A stretch of 64,000 nt of DNA from Lama guanicoe (Eukaryota). The first letter of the stretch is position 1. Every line of letters begins with the position of its first letter. Shown here one piece after another: positions 10,701-22,360 of this stretch. A model generated the notes under the pieces. The model ran no database searches, had not been told where the DNA came from, and saw nothing but the letters and a program-made list of their open reading frames with translations. The stretch covers positions 3,314,799 through 3,378,798 of the forward strand of contig MU053588.1 of NCBI GenBank assembly GCA_013239625.1, given 5' to 3'. The position numbers were made by a program, and so were the translations under genes.

Positions 10701-13700
10701 CTAGCTCTTACAGCAGCCCTGATGGTGCCCCTTTCACAGATGAGTGTTTGAGGTCCATGTGATTCTCTTAGCCTGTGAGCAACCAACCAGTGCGAGGACC
10801 GAGGTCTTTGGACTCTTGGTACCAAGCCTGGCTTGTCTTTGGAGGTCTGTCCCTCTCCCCCTTAGCTGTCCTAGCACCATTTCCTTTCCTTGGCTCAGCC
10901 CCTTCCCCCTTCCTCCCTGCCCCCGGAGACATCTATCCACAGGCCTGTCTCCTAGGACCTGTCAGGTGGATGGATGCCTTACATGGCTCAGCAAGGGCTT
11001 TGAGGACCTGGGTTTCACTTTGTATCCTAAAGGGAAAGCCAGCAAATGAGCGAAGTCAAGAGCCCGCTCTGTAGGTGACAGTTTGGGGCTGGGCTTCTTC
11101 AAAGACAGGATTACTGATAAGCTTATGTCCCCCCAACCCCTGCTGGTGAACCCAGTGCTGCACAGCCACCTTCCCAGATGCAGGTGGTGGCCTTAAGAAG
11201 CAGGTGCCCCTTCCCTCACTCACCCACAGCCCCACGTTCATTAGATCCTCAGGACAGGCAGCTTTCCCAGCTTTCCCAGGACACATTCAGAAGGAGGCTG
11301 GAGGTGGTGGCCTCACATCCTAGGTCCCCAAATTCAATAGGTATTTATTGACTGGTATGAGTCACCCAGCAAATGAAGTACAGTTAGTTCTCTGACATAA
11401 TCAGGCGATGGTAGCATGATCACTCTTTACCTAAAAACGATTGTTAAGCACCAGCCATGGGCTCTGAAGTGGGCCCAGCCTTAGACATGATTCTGGGCGC
11501 TTGGAGCACAAAAGGAGCTTCTGGGTCATTGGGAATCTGGAGAAGGAGCGAGGTGTGAATTTAAACAGGGAAGTGGGTCTTTGAGGATGCTCAGGCATTG
11601 AGGAAGGGAGTGAGGTGGGAGAGTGGAAAGATAGCCAAGGGAAGTGGGAAGCAGGAAGCAGGGAGGAAGCAGCCAAGGTTGGGGGCGTGGTCCTAAGAGC
11701 AGGGGTTGGCACAGTGTTGCAGGGCCCGTCTGTGGAGATTCTGAGAAGTTTAGACTTGGGGTGTCCAGCTATTATGTGTGTAATCTCAAACACACATTGC
11801 ACCTTGCCTTGGACAACATGGGCTAGTATGTGAGCGTGAGTGAGTGTGTACGCAGAGTCGTTCACCCTGGCATCTGTTCAGACATATTCTCCTTCGAAGA
11901 AACCAGCAAGGGGGTGCTTTAGCTGTCATCCCCAGGATCCTATACCATTCTGGGCTGTGGCCCACACACGTGAGGATAAGAGCAGGCTTGGGACCCTCCC
12001 CCACCAGGGTTCAGACTCATGTGGCATTCACAGACTTAATCCGCTGCAGTGAGGCCAGGGAGGCAGCATCTGTCACTTTCACAAACAGGCAACGGGGTCT
12101 GGGAGAGACACACTCCACTTGCTCACAACCGCTTGAGAAGCAGACGCCTGTACCGCGCTGACCCCCTGTGTCCAAGACAAGATCAGCCCCTCACGGCCCC
12201 CTGCACTAAGGCCAGACCTATACACCGAGTCACTTCCCGCATACAAGCACTCACACATCTGCATATGCACACACACATGCGTGTGAAACGCGCCCCTGAC
12301 ATCCTAACTCCCCATATGCACAACCACATACTCAGATACTCCTTGACTTCAAGCGCAGCTGCTGACATCCTAACCCCTTATTCACGCACACACACTCCTT
12401 TTGACTTAAAGCACAGCTGTAGCCATCCCACCAGCCATACACACATGCCTACAAGCAGGCTCACACACACACACTCCAACACACAGCCTCAAGATCCACC
12501 AGAACCACCGTGGCCAGCGGTCATTGAAGAATGACCGCCTGAGCGGTGTGCTGAGGGGAGGGGGTCACCCTGAAGCATGAGCCGAGGGTCATACAACAGG
12601 GGACCTCAGACTCCCTTGAGGAAAGGGTCAGGCAGACCCTGAAAGGGCTCCGTTGGTTCTGCCAGGTAAGGGAGGCTCAACAAATGCAGGCCAGAGGCGG
12701 GAGCCAGCTAATGGCCGAGGCCGCTGATGGCCGAGATGGCTGGTCAGTGAGGAGGGAGGCTCGACAATTGATGTGACTCGGGGCTGGACAGATGATGGCG
12801 CATATGGCTGGAGATGGCTGGGGGCCACAGACCAGAGACTGGGCGGCCCTTGTCGCCTCAGTAGGGAGAGGGCCAGAGCCGGCTGTGTGGCAGAGGGGTG
12901 GGTTTCCCAGCCTGGCTCGGCCGGCATCATGACTAGCATATGTGTCTTGGGGTCTTTGTATGTGTGAGTGTGTGTGTGCATACGTGTGTGTGCGCATACG
13001 TCAGTGTGAACCTACCTCCATAGAACTTTGTGTCTTGGGGACTCTTGTGGTGCATCTGTGTGTGCCTTTGTGTGTGCATTTGCCTGTGTGTGTGTGTGTT
13101 TACATACCCACCCACAAAGTGTTCAGGGACCCTTCTTGTTGTACCCAGTGTACCTTTGTGCTCACATGTGCATGTGTATATCGAATACGTAGGGATCTTT
13201 CTTATTGTGAGATGATATGCACTCTTGTGCTTGGTTTTTTTGTTTGTTTGTTTGTTTTTTTGGTATTGGGTGAAGGTTGTGGTGAGGGAGAAGGGATGGC
13301 CCTGGACTCCAGCTATCTATGCATCTCGTGGCCCACAAGACCGTCTTTGTGCATCCATTAGTGTGTCTGTCTGGGCATCGGCGGGTGTGGGCTCGTGTGC
13401 TTGCCTGCTCCAGAGTTTGAATATCTGTGTGTCCACAACAGCATCTCCCTCGGAGCATGCTGTGGGTGGGGTGGGCCAGACCAGATGCGGGGGACATCTC
13501 CCTGAATCTCATCATCCCTCTGGAGGGGGTCACACAACTCATGCTAGGCCTGGCTGGGACCCAGCAGCACAGCACTGTGCAGACCACCCCCCTCCTCCTA
13601 TCGCCTCCCTCCATGACCTTTGAGCACAGCAGCCCCAAATACATATTTATCAGAGGGGCTGTGGGGACCAGCCCCTCCCCCACCACTCCCCTCAGGGCCC

Positions 13701-14822
13701 AGCCTGCCTGGCTGCGGAGAAATTAACCTTGTGACACAGGAGCTTGCTGACACCCTCCCCATTCGTATGGCACATATGAGCACGGGTGGGTGTGTGTGAG
13801 AGAAAGAGAATAGGTACTCGTCCAGATTGGAAAGGCTTCAGTAGCCAGGGGAAGAGAGACACACAGGTGTACACATATCCATGTTACTCCTGACACACAC
13901 ACACACACACACACACAGACACACACATACATACACACTCTTCAAACTACAGAGTATAGATGGAGATTTTGAAATTTTAAAATGGATATACATGCAGACA
14001 CATGCAGTGGTTCTGAAATAGACACACACACAGATTCTCAAACACTTGATAGACACATGTACCCATGGGTCCTGAGAGCCAGGTAGACATACCCCTGGTC
14101 AAAGATTCTCTTAGAAAATGCGTAGATACTGAAGTCTACAGATCCACACATTTGTGCACATGTCTCCAGAGATGTTGAAATGGACACACCAGGTATAAAA
14201 GCAAGGATGAGCACACACACAGGTATGAAAGCCCAGACATCCATGCATGTACGTAGGCACTGAGACAGCACAGGGCAAAACAAGTACTAAAACATCACGG
14301 GATTTTTGTTCAACAGAAAAGGTACAAACACAGATACTAAACATGGCAGCATACCAGCCCACATGCCCATGGGTGCACAAGGCCACTTTCAGAGGTCCCA
14401 CAGGGAAGCCACACACAGTGACCAGAAGGGACAGGGATGTGTCCTGAGTTATGGCACACAAACATTTCCCGCTTTAGACTTGTCCCCTGAGAACAAAATG
14501 AAAATGGGTAGATGCTCAGATGAAAACGCTCATGGAATGAATTCATTCATCTCATGGGAACTGGGCCGTATGTGCACCAAGCCCTGTCTTAGAAGCTGGG
14601 AAACAGTGATTTACAAGACAGACCTGGGCCTTGCTCTCCAAGAGCTCCCAGCCAACAGGACGGGCACTGATCGGACCTCAGTGTGTAGTTAGTTATAAAT
14701 GGTTATAACATCTGGGAAGGAAAGAAACAAGGTGCTGGGGGAAGGGATCATGGGAAAACCTGGTTTAGATTGCTGGGTCAAGTCTAACGCCTCTGTGGAA
14801 GTGACATTTAAACTGAGCATTA

Positions 14823-14906
14823 GACACAACACACAGATTCTAACTGTGCACACACATCCTTCCTGACACAACACACAGATTCTAACTGTGCACACACATC
14901 CTTCCT
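14823..14906. repeat. Perfect 42-bp tandem duplication
   Basis: GACACAACACACAGATTCTAACTGTGCACACACATCCTTCCT at 14823-14864 and 14865-14906. Confidence 0.95.
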
Positions 14907-15809
14907 GAAACTCACTGAGGCCACACAGGCATAGATTATGTAGGGCACAGATGCACCCACTCCACTCCCCTGTGCCTCAGTGACCCTCTAGAAAACTCCT
15001 CTGATGGCAAATGCGGTCCTCTTGGCTGGGGCCCAGATGTCTGGGCTCTGACAGAGATGCACAGGGTGTGCCAAGGCTGTGCTGAGTTGGGGGGAGAGTC
15101 CGGGGGCTTCACTGTGGAGGTGATATGGAGAATGGTGGACAAGGTCCAGAGGGAAAGGGGAGGCAGAGGGCTTTCCAGTTGGAGGCACACCCTGTGCACT
15201 GGCGTGGAGGCGTGAGTGGTTTTGGACATCACTGGGCCGGCAGGTGTGTGCATGGTGAGATGAGGCTTGACATCACTGGGAAGGACCACAAGGTTCAGAT
15301 TTATTTCAAGTGCACCACATAGCCCAGAAGGGTTTTGAGGAGGGACTTGATGGGATGTAAGCCGGGTACTAAGTCAGGGATCTCAGAGTCTGGTGTGGAG
15401 GACTGACTGGAGGAGGATGGGGAGACTCCGGAGGGAGGGGCCTTCTGCCCTGGCCATCCACTCTGGGAACCTTGGACAAGGCCTGGCCAGGGAGATGACA
15501 CAGAATGCCTTCCCCTTGCTCCAGCCCCATCTGTTGGCCAACTGGGCAGAGCTGAACAAGCTACAACTTGCTCCCAAGTGGGAATTTGCTGAGGGGGTGG
15601 AGGTCAAGGTTTGCAGTCCCCCCTTAGTGACCTTCAACACTAATGTTTTCTGAGGCTTCCTGAGGCCAGAACTGAGCTGGGTGCCGTGGTACCTGGATGA
15701 GCCAGATCCTTCCCTATCCCAGAGAAGTCCCCAGTTTGGGGAGGTCGACCCTGAAAAAACCTTGTCAGGAAATCCAAGGGTTTATTGAAAGTGTCCAGAG
15801 CTTATTCTT

Positions 15810-15874
15810 TTTTTTTTTTACATTTTTTATTGATTCATAATCATTTTACAGTGTTGTGTCAAATTCCAGTGTTC
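15810..15874 (-). mobile_element. Young, severely 5'-truncated L1 insertion with 17-bp target-site duplication
   Basis: A poly-T run plus acattttttattgattcataatcattttacagtgttgtgtcaaattccagtgttc, flanked by GTCCAGAGCTTATTCTT at 15793-15809 and 15875-15891. Confidence 0.85.
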
Positions 15875-15994
15875 GTCCAGAGCTTATTCTTAGAGAATGA
15901 ATGGGGCAGAAGACCCCATGTGTTGTATGGGGAAGTGATGAGGATGGAGCCTGGTTTTTGAAGGTGAGATTAATTTTCATCTGCCTCAGTGAGA

Positions 15995-16485
15995 AAGCCT
16001 GTCATTCCCCCATCACACTTAGAACATCTTCTTTAGTCTGGAAGCCCTGTATGAACTGGTACCCACCTGCCTGTTCAACTTCTACTCCTTTCCTCCTGCC
16101 TCCAGAAGCTCAGTACTGGCCTTCTTGCTGTTCCTCAAACACATCAACCTTGTTCCTGCCTCAGGGCCTTTGCACCTGCTGTTACTTTTGTCAGGAAAGC
16201 TCTTACCCTCAACACTTCATTTGGGCTACTACTCAAAACCAACCTCCCCCAACAGGCCTTTCCTGACCTCTCAGTCTAAAGTAACATCTTGTAACCTACC
16301 CCTGCACTTGCTTTATTTTCCTTCTTAGCTCTTAAGTACATATTCTTGTCTATTGTATCTCTTCCTCCACTAGAAGGTCAACACTGTGAGGGCAGGGACT
16401 TTGTCTTATTCATGACTGTATCCCCAGTGCCTGGAACAGTGCTCAGCACACGGTAATTGCTCAGTGGATGTTTGTCAGATGAACA
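15995..16485 (+). mobile_element. L2 LINE 3' fragment
   Basis: cctgcctcagggcctttgcacctgctgtt ... gagggcagggactttgtcttattc...tatccccagtgcctggaacagtgc are L2 3' hallmarks. Confidence 0.85.
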
Positions 16486-17679
16486 GGAACCAGGTTCTTT
16501 GTCATGCTAGTTGCCCAGTATAATGGTGGAGCTGAATGTCAGTGGCGCTGGACATGAGTGGAGGAGCTCACCTTCTGAGGGAGGAGGGCTGCACCTACCA
16601 GTGCTGTAGGGACCGTTGGCAAGTTAGGCCACCTCCGGCCTGAGCCATGAAGCAGGTGGACTCCAAACCTATCATTCTGGGCCTGTACACTCCACTGCAT
16701 CTTCCTGAGAATATTCCCCTCACCCCAGCCAGCTCATCCTTGCCCCTCAGCATCACGTCTGCTTACCCCTCACACTGCTGCCCTTCCCCCACCCCCTGAC
16801 CCCACACCCCCCCACCCGCCACAGATAAAGGCAGACCCCAGACTGTGGGGTTGCACACATTCTGCTTTGAGCCCCAGCCACGGCCGTGGGCAAATCACAT
16901 CACTCCTTTTAAACCTCAACTTTCCTCGTCGGCGAAATAAGGTTTTTGTGGGGATCAAGAGTGATCTGGTGTGTGATGATGCTACTAATAATAGCTGCTA
17001 TTTATTGAGTACCTGCCAGGTGTTAGGCATTGTGCTAGGCGCTTTGAACATTTTTTTTTTCATTGAAAAAAAAAGGAGGAAAAAACTCAGGCACGGCATG
17101 CCCCCAGAGCGCCAGACCTGGTCCGTGGTGCTGTGAACCACAAAGTGGACACGGTCCGTCCACACAGAGCCTGCTGTACTCCAGCGTGCGCTCGCACACA
17201 CACTCCTGAAGTAGCACACTGGGCAGGCGGTGGGGACTTGTGCTCCTGCTCAGCCCCCTTCCATAGAAGCCCCAAGGGATAGTCTGGAGGCCACTGAGGC
17301 AAGCAACTCTTACAGAGGGGAGAGCAGCACCAGCCATCCTTAATTCCCCTTTACTAACCCAGTGGAAACTTCCATTGTTCAAATCTGGATTGTGGGGCCT
17401 GGCACAGGGTCTGACCTAGAACTGGCCTTAGAAAACGCTTGTTGAATGAGTGAATGAACAGAGGAACATATTTAGCCAGGTGTCTTCATTGTATTTGTTC
17501 AGCCCAAGACACGTACTAGGACACACCTTCTCCCTGCACTTCTAATACGTTCCCTCCTGCATCCTTCACATCCTACTCCCAAACATCATTTGTGGCTGAC
17601 AATCCTAATGCATTTCCACCACTCACTTGCCCCTTTCTGTGTCAGGCCCTCTCCTCAGTTGGTCATAAGCATGGTCTTG

Positions 17680-17790
17680 TTGACTGCTCACACCAGCACT
17701 GTGAGGCAGGTATTATTATTATCCCCATTTTATGTTTGAGCAAAATGAGGCTCAGAGAGGTGAAGTGACTTACCCAGGGTCACACAGCTT
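17680..17790 (-). mobile_element. MIR SINE
   Basis: tattattatccccatttta...gaggctcagagaggtgaagtgacttacccagggtcacacagc is the antisense MIR core. Confidence 0.85.
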
Positions 17791-18284
17791 TTTGGTGATA
17801 CAGCTTCTGGCCTATAGAAGTGCATGCTGTCTCACCAGTCCTCTGGCCTGCATGCACACTTGATCTGGCAGCTTTTCTCCTCCCAGCAGTGGGATGGCAT
17901 GACCCAGGAGCCAGCTTTGGTCCTAGCTCTGTTACAACTAGCTGTGTGATGTTGGGAAAATTCTTTCCCTCCCTCTGGGCCTAAACTTCCCCTTTTGCTG
18001 TTTCTCCTGCCTGTAAGCCCTCATCCAGTTTCCTGAAGAGGAGAGAGGGCACAAAATTCGACTTGGTCCTACCTTGCCCTCACTAATAGAGGAGAAACCA
18101 GAGGAGCAAACCTTTCTCCACTCAGCAGATTTCAGATTCATTCATGTTCCTGGAGGCAATGGGCTCTGCTGGGCTTAGACACAGAGGGAAAATAAGATAA
18201 GCCTGGCTGGGACAGAGAAAGACCACTCATTGTGTGTCTTCCGAGCACCTAGCCACAATCCTGCCCATGCAGGATTTATCAGCC

Positions 18285-18790
18285 TCACTTTTTCAATTAC
18301 AAACAAATATTGTCATGTGATACAGGTTCATTGTAGAAAAAGTAGAAAATGCAAGTGTTCAAAGATACTGGAAAAAACCCACCATAATAATCTAGTTAAA
18401 TGAAAAAAGAAATTAACTTCTTGATGCCTATCCTTCTAGATAGCTTTTTTCCAAACAGGAGTATGCCTACAAGTTTACCCAAAGAACATATTAAAATTCA
18501 GATACTGGGACCAAACTCAGAATTCTGACTTCTGCTCTATTCTTTTTTATAGGAAAAAAAAAGTGTGTATTTATTTCATAAAAATGGAATCACAAGCTAC
18601 ATAGCAGTTTATAACCTGCCTTTTTTTCCTTCCTAACAATGGATTATGAAAATCGTTTCCTTGTCAATGAATTTATTTCAAACATATTTTCAATGACTCC
18701 ACAGCCCTCCTTTATGTGCCTGCTGTATCATCATTTATTGTACCAGCCCCTAGTCATAGGACCTCTAGATTGTTTCCTGGTGGTCCCTAT
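18285..18790 (-). mobile_element. Degenerate L1M(E)-like fragment(s)
   Basis: AT-rich block with cattgtagaaaaagtagaaaatgc and aaaatggaatcaca-type motifs. Confidence 0.5.
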
Positions 18791-19619
18791 TATAATTACC
18801 CCCAGTTTCTAGATAAGGCCATTGAGGCTCAGAGGAGAAGTCCCTCACATGTGTGAAAAGTTAAGGCACGATCCAAGGGGACCTAGGGGTGGCTTAGGTG
18901 CCAGTGACGGTTCCCAGCCTCACTCAGGATGGGGCTGAGGGGCTCTGAGTGGAGAGACAGGCTTCGGTAGAAGTCTTCAGACAGAAGGCACGTGACCTCC
19001 CAGAAGGAAGGCAGTGTGTGGAGGGGGATGCTTGAGGAGGAGACCGCCCTCTTTCAGGCCCCCAGACCCAGGCACCCTGCAGGCCTAAGCACTGCCCACC
19101 AGGCTCCCCCCAGTCCTCTCGCTGCCTCCCTCCCTAAGCCCACTCGCCGCCTCCTCCACCCTTGCCAGCTTATCAATAGGTTAAGTGGTCAGGTCAGCGA
19201 TATTGACCATTTGATTAGGACCTTGTCAGATCAATCCCTGGCTCATCTCACGGGCCTCCTCCCCTGCCCGCACCCCCGCCCTGTTCTGCGCCAGGGAGCA
19301 GGTGGCTGTGGAAACCTTCACTCTCCCCATGCAGCACCCCAGAACCCTGAGCCCTTTGGCAAGTTCGGATCAGGTGAGAGCCAGCCTGGGCCTCACCATC
19401 TCCTGTCCTAGTCCTGCCAGGTCAGGAGCTTCGAGTGCCATCCTGTCTCCAGTTTTCCTGCCTTGCTTGCCATGCCTCCTGCCTCCCTGCCCCGTGTGGG
19501 CCCTCCTGGTCCTCCGTCTAGGCTCTGGGTTCCTGCACTCCATCTTTGTATCCACTCTCTTGCTTGCAGTCACTGGATCTTGTTTGCTCTGTGTCCTGTT
19601 CCCCTCAGAGTCCAGTCAG

Positions 19620-19790
19620 ACTGAGCTGCCCTCTCTTGTCTGTATGACCTTGGGTAAGTGACTTCACCTCTCTGAGCCTCCATTTCCTCATCTGCCGTGG
19701 AAATGATACTTACCAAACGGTTGTGAGGAGTCTTCGAGATCACAGCCGCAGAGAAACTAACCACGCCTGGCGCATAGCTAGACCTCAGGA
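19620..19790 (+). mobile_element. MIR SINE
   Basis: tgaccttgggtaagtgacttcacctctctgagcctccatttcctcatctg core. Confidence 0.85.
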
Positions 19791-20174
19791 AACTCCGCTG
19801 CTCTTACTAAGGGCTACTCTGCTCAACTTATCCGAGCTGATGTGTTTGTGGGGGCCGGTTGCTCTGTCTGTCTGTTTCTTAGTGAAAGTGCGTGTGGGAG
19901 CCTATGTGTGGGGCCGATGGGCGCTGTCATCCTCAGCCTGTCCCAAGCTCCAGCTCAGGGCTGTACTGGGCAGTGCTTGAGACCCCTAAAGGAGCCAGGC
20001 CCCAGTCTATCCTCCAGGAGCCCGCAAATCTGGCAAGCGAGTAGCAGACTGACTCCAGGACACAGCGAACCATTACATTGGCTTTCAGGAGGCTGAGGAC
20101 CAAATGCTGAGCTTCCTTTCCTTCTCCAGTGAATGTTGGCATCTTCCTCTTCTCTGTGGCACAGCTACAAGGAA

Positions 20175-20300
20175 CCATAGACTTTGGAGTCAGAGAAATC
20201 AGGGTTCAAGTCCTGCCTCCTCCACTTCCTACACCAGGTCACTATGGGTCACCTGCTTCCCCCTCTGTTCCTCAGAGTCTCCATCTGTGAAATGGGGAGA
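20175..20300 (+). mobile_element. MIR SINE
   Basis: gactttggagtcagagaaatcagggttcaagtcctgcctcctccactt...catctgtgaaatgggg. Confidence 0.75.
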
Positions 20301-20639
20301 AGTCATCTTTAAATAGCTCCTACTGCTATCCTCCAGTCTCAAGGCCCTGCTGGGAATACGGCTCCCAGCTCCCACAGGGCGGTCTCTCCCATGGGGAGAT
20401 GTTATCTGCCTGGGAAAGGGGTCTGTCCAAGGGCATATGGAGGTGCAGGGCCCTAGGAGATGGCATGAGGTGGAGAATTGGAGGCAGATGGGCCTGGGGT
20501 GGTCCTGCCCATGGGCATCGTAGCTGAGGGAGGCAGAGGGCAGAGACAAGTAGGGGGCCGCTGCTGGAGGGAAGCCCCAAGGAGAGGCGCTACCTCCAGG
20601 GAAGACCTCAGCCCGAAGGCGCTATCTGGTTCCGGGGCC

Positions 20640-20850
20640 CTGAGAGGCCCGGGGATTCCCCCGCCCGCCCTGCCATCACTTACACCAATATTGACGGTTA
20701 ATGCCGTGTCGCCACTGTGTTCAACACTCAGCGCGGCTAATTGTTTTGACTGGGAATCGGCAAGGCGATTAAACGCCATCGATTTTGCCCTGCGCGCTGC
20801 ATCGATTTTTAAATTTCCTATTGATCCTGGCCCTAAATCTCCTTAACCAA
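20640..20850. promoter_or_regulatory. Candidate enhancer with kappaB and CUT-type motifs
   Basis: Non-repetitive, CpG-retaining, mixed-composition island with GGGGATTCCCC, two CATCGATTTT copies and TATTGATC. Confidence 0.6.
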
Positions 20851-21909
20851 GACCTCACCGTGGAGATGACAGCCGCTGATTAGCTCCGGGGGCAGGGGGG
20901 TTGAGGGGAGTTCCTGAGGGGAAGAAACCCCAGCTCCTCCCTCCCCCCAGGGACCAGGGGTTCTGGTCCCCTCCACCCCTGAAAATGGAGGCCCAGGTCG
21001 AGCGGGGAGGAGGGGGGAAGTGGGAGGAGTTGGGCGAACCCCTTGTTCCTTTTACTCCCCTTTTTTTCTTTCCCATTTGGGTTTCTCTCTGGGCTCTCTA
21101 CCTGTGACTCCCTCTATTCCTCATCTGTGTCCATCTGTCTCCCCATCCATTTTCTCTGTCTATCTGTCTGTCTATTCTTGCTCTCCCTGCTGTCTCAGTC
21201 CATCTTTTTCTGTTCCTTTTCTTCCCTCCTGAACTCCAGTCCTGTCTCTACCAATTCTTTGTGTCCTTGGCTGGTCCTGGGCCTCAGTTTCCCCATCTGT
21301 GCTGGCAGATTTGCCGTGAGATAGGAAGGTAGCCTGCCAAACGTCAAGATCCATGGCCCTGCCTGTCCCACTAAAGCCTTCTGTCTGGAGAGTGCACCCA
21401 CAGGGACACACAGATGTCAGACAGATGTGGCCTTCCTGCCTTTGTCACCCCACCTACAGGGCTCTCCCTCTCTGACCCACAGCTTCCGGTGTTGCTCACT
21501 GTCCACTCATCAGGACTTGCCTGGTGGGAAGGTCTCCTTGAAGTCCTGTCTCCTTTGGGAAGTCTCTCCCTATCCTAAAGTCCCTACCCCTTCTCTGAGT
21601 GCTCATGACAAGCAGGGGCAAGGGTGGTCTTTGTGCAGTTTCAAGCAGCTTTTCCAAGAAGACTATGTTCCCAGAAGACAGGGAATCAGGTTTCAATAGG
21701 AGACACGCAAGTCTGAGCTCTCTAACTGGCTCCACCCCTCACTGAGTTGTACAGGATTCTAGGGAAGTCAGTCTCCTCATAACCTCGTCTCCTGAATCTG
21801 TAAAGTGGGGATGACACTGCCTTACTTCAGGGCTGCAGAGAGGCTCAGCAAACACTCTTTGGAGAGGGTCTCCCCATTTCCTGTCTACCTCTCTGTCCTC
21901 CCCATCTTC

Positions 21910-22360
21910 TACAAAGCACGCAGTAGGACCTTTCTAAAGAGAAACTGCGTCATCTCCCTCCCTCCAGCTGCTTGGACCAGGCTCTGCCAGGTGCAACCTT
22001 GCTATCTTTGTATACTCATCTTTTCCATTTCTCTCACTGAACCCTGGGCAGCCAAAGGCCTGACATTCTCTTGCATCCCACCCAGTGCTCCATCTGACCA
22101 AAGTTGCTTTGTCTGCCAGGCTTGGCTTAGGGATCACATCCTCCCTAGGTCTTTCCTGACCTCCCCTGGGAGTCCCACTGCACCCTCTGCTTACCCCAGC
22201 ATGTGGGCATTAGCTCTTTATTCGGTCACCCCAGCTTGCCTTCGCAGGGCAGAGGCCTCGCCTAATCCATCTCTGCACCTCCCACACTTGGTCAAGAGCC
22301 CAGCCCAGACAAGCCTCAGTATTTGCTGATTAACCAAATGAGTAAATGAATAAACAAATA
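21910..22360 (+). mobile_element. Degenerate L2 fragment
   Basis: Ends in the L2-type tail ctcagtatttgctgattaaccaaatgagtaaatgaataaa. Confidence 0.5.

Noticed and set aside
12230..14470. CA/TG-rich degenerate tracts (also about 29400-30140, 44250-44520 and 47420-47900) as functional Z-DNA elements
   Set aside because: Mostly interrupted, decayed microsatellite-like sequence that is common in GC-rich mammalian introns. There is no specific evidence of function.
14823..14906. Direct repeats as a possible CRISPR-like array
   Set aside because: Two adjacent copies with no spacer, in clearly mammalian DNA.
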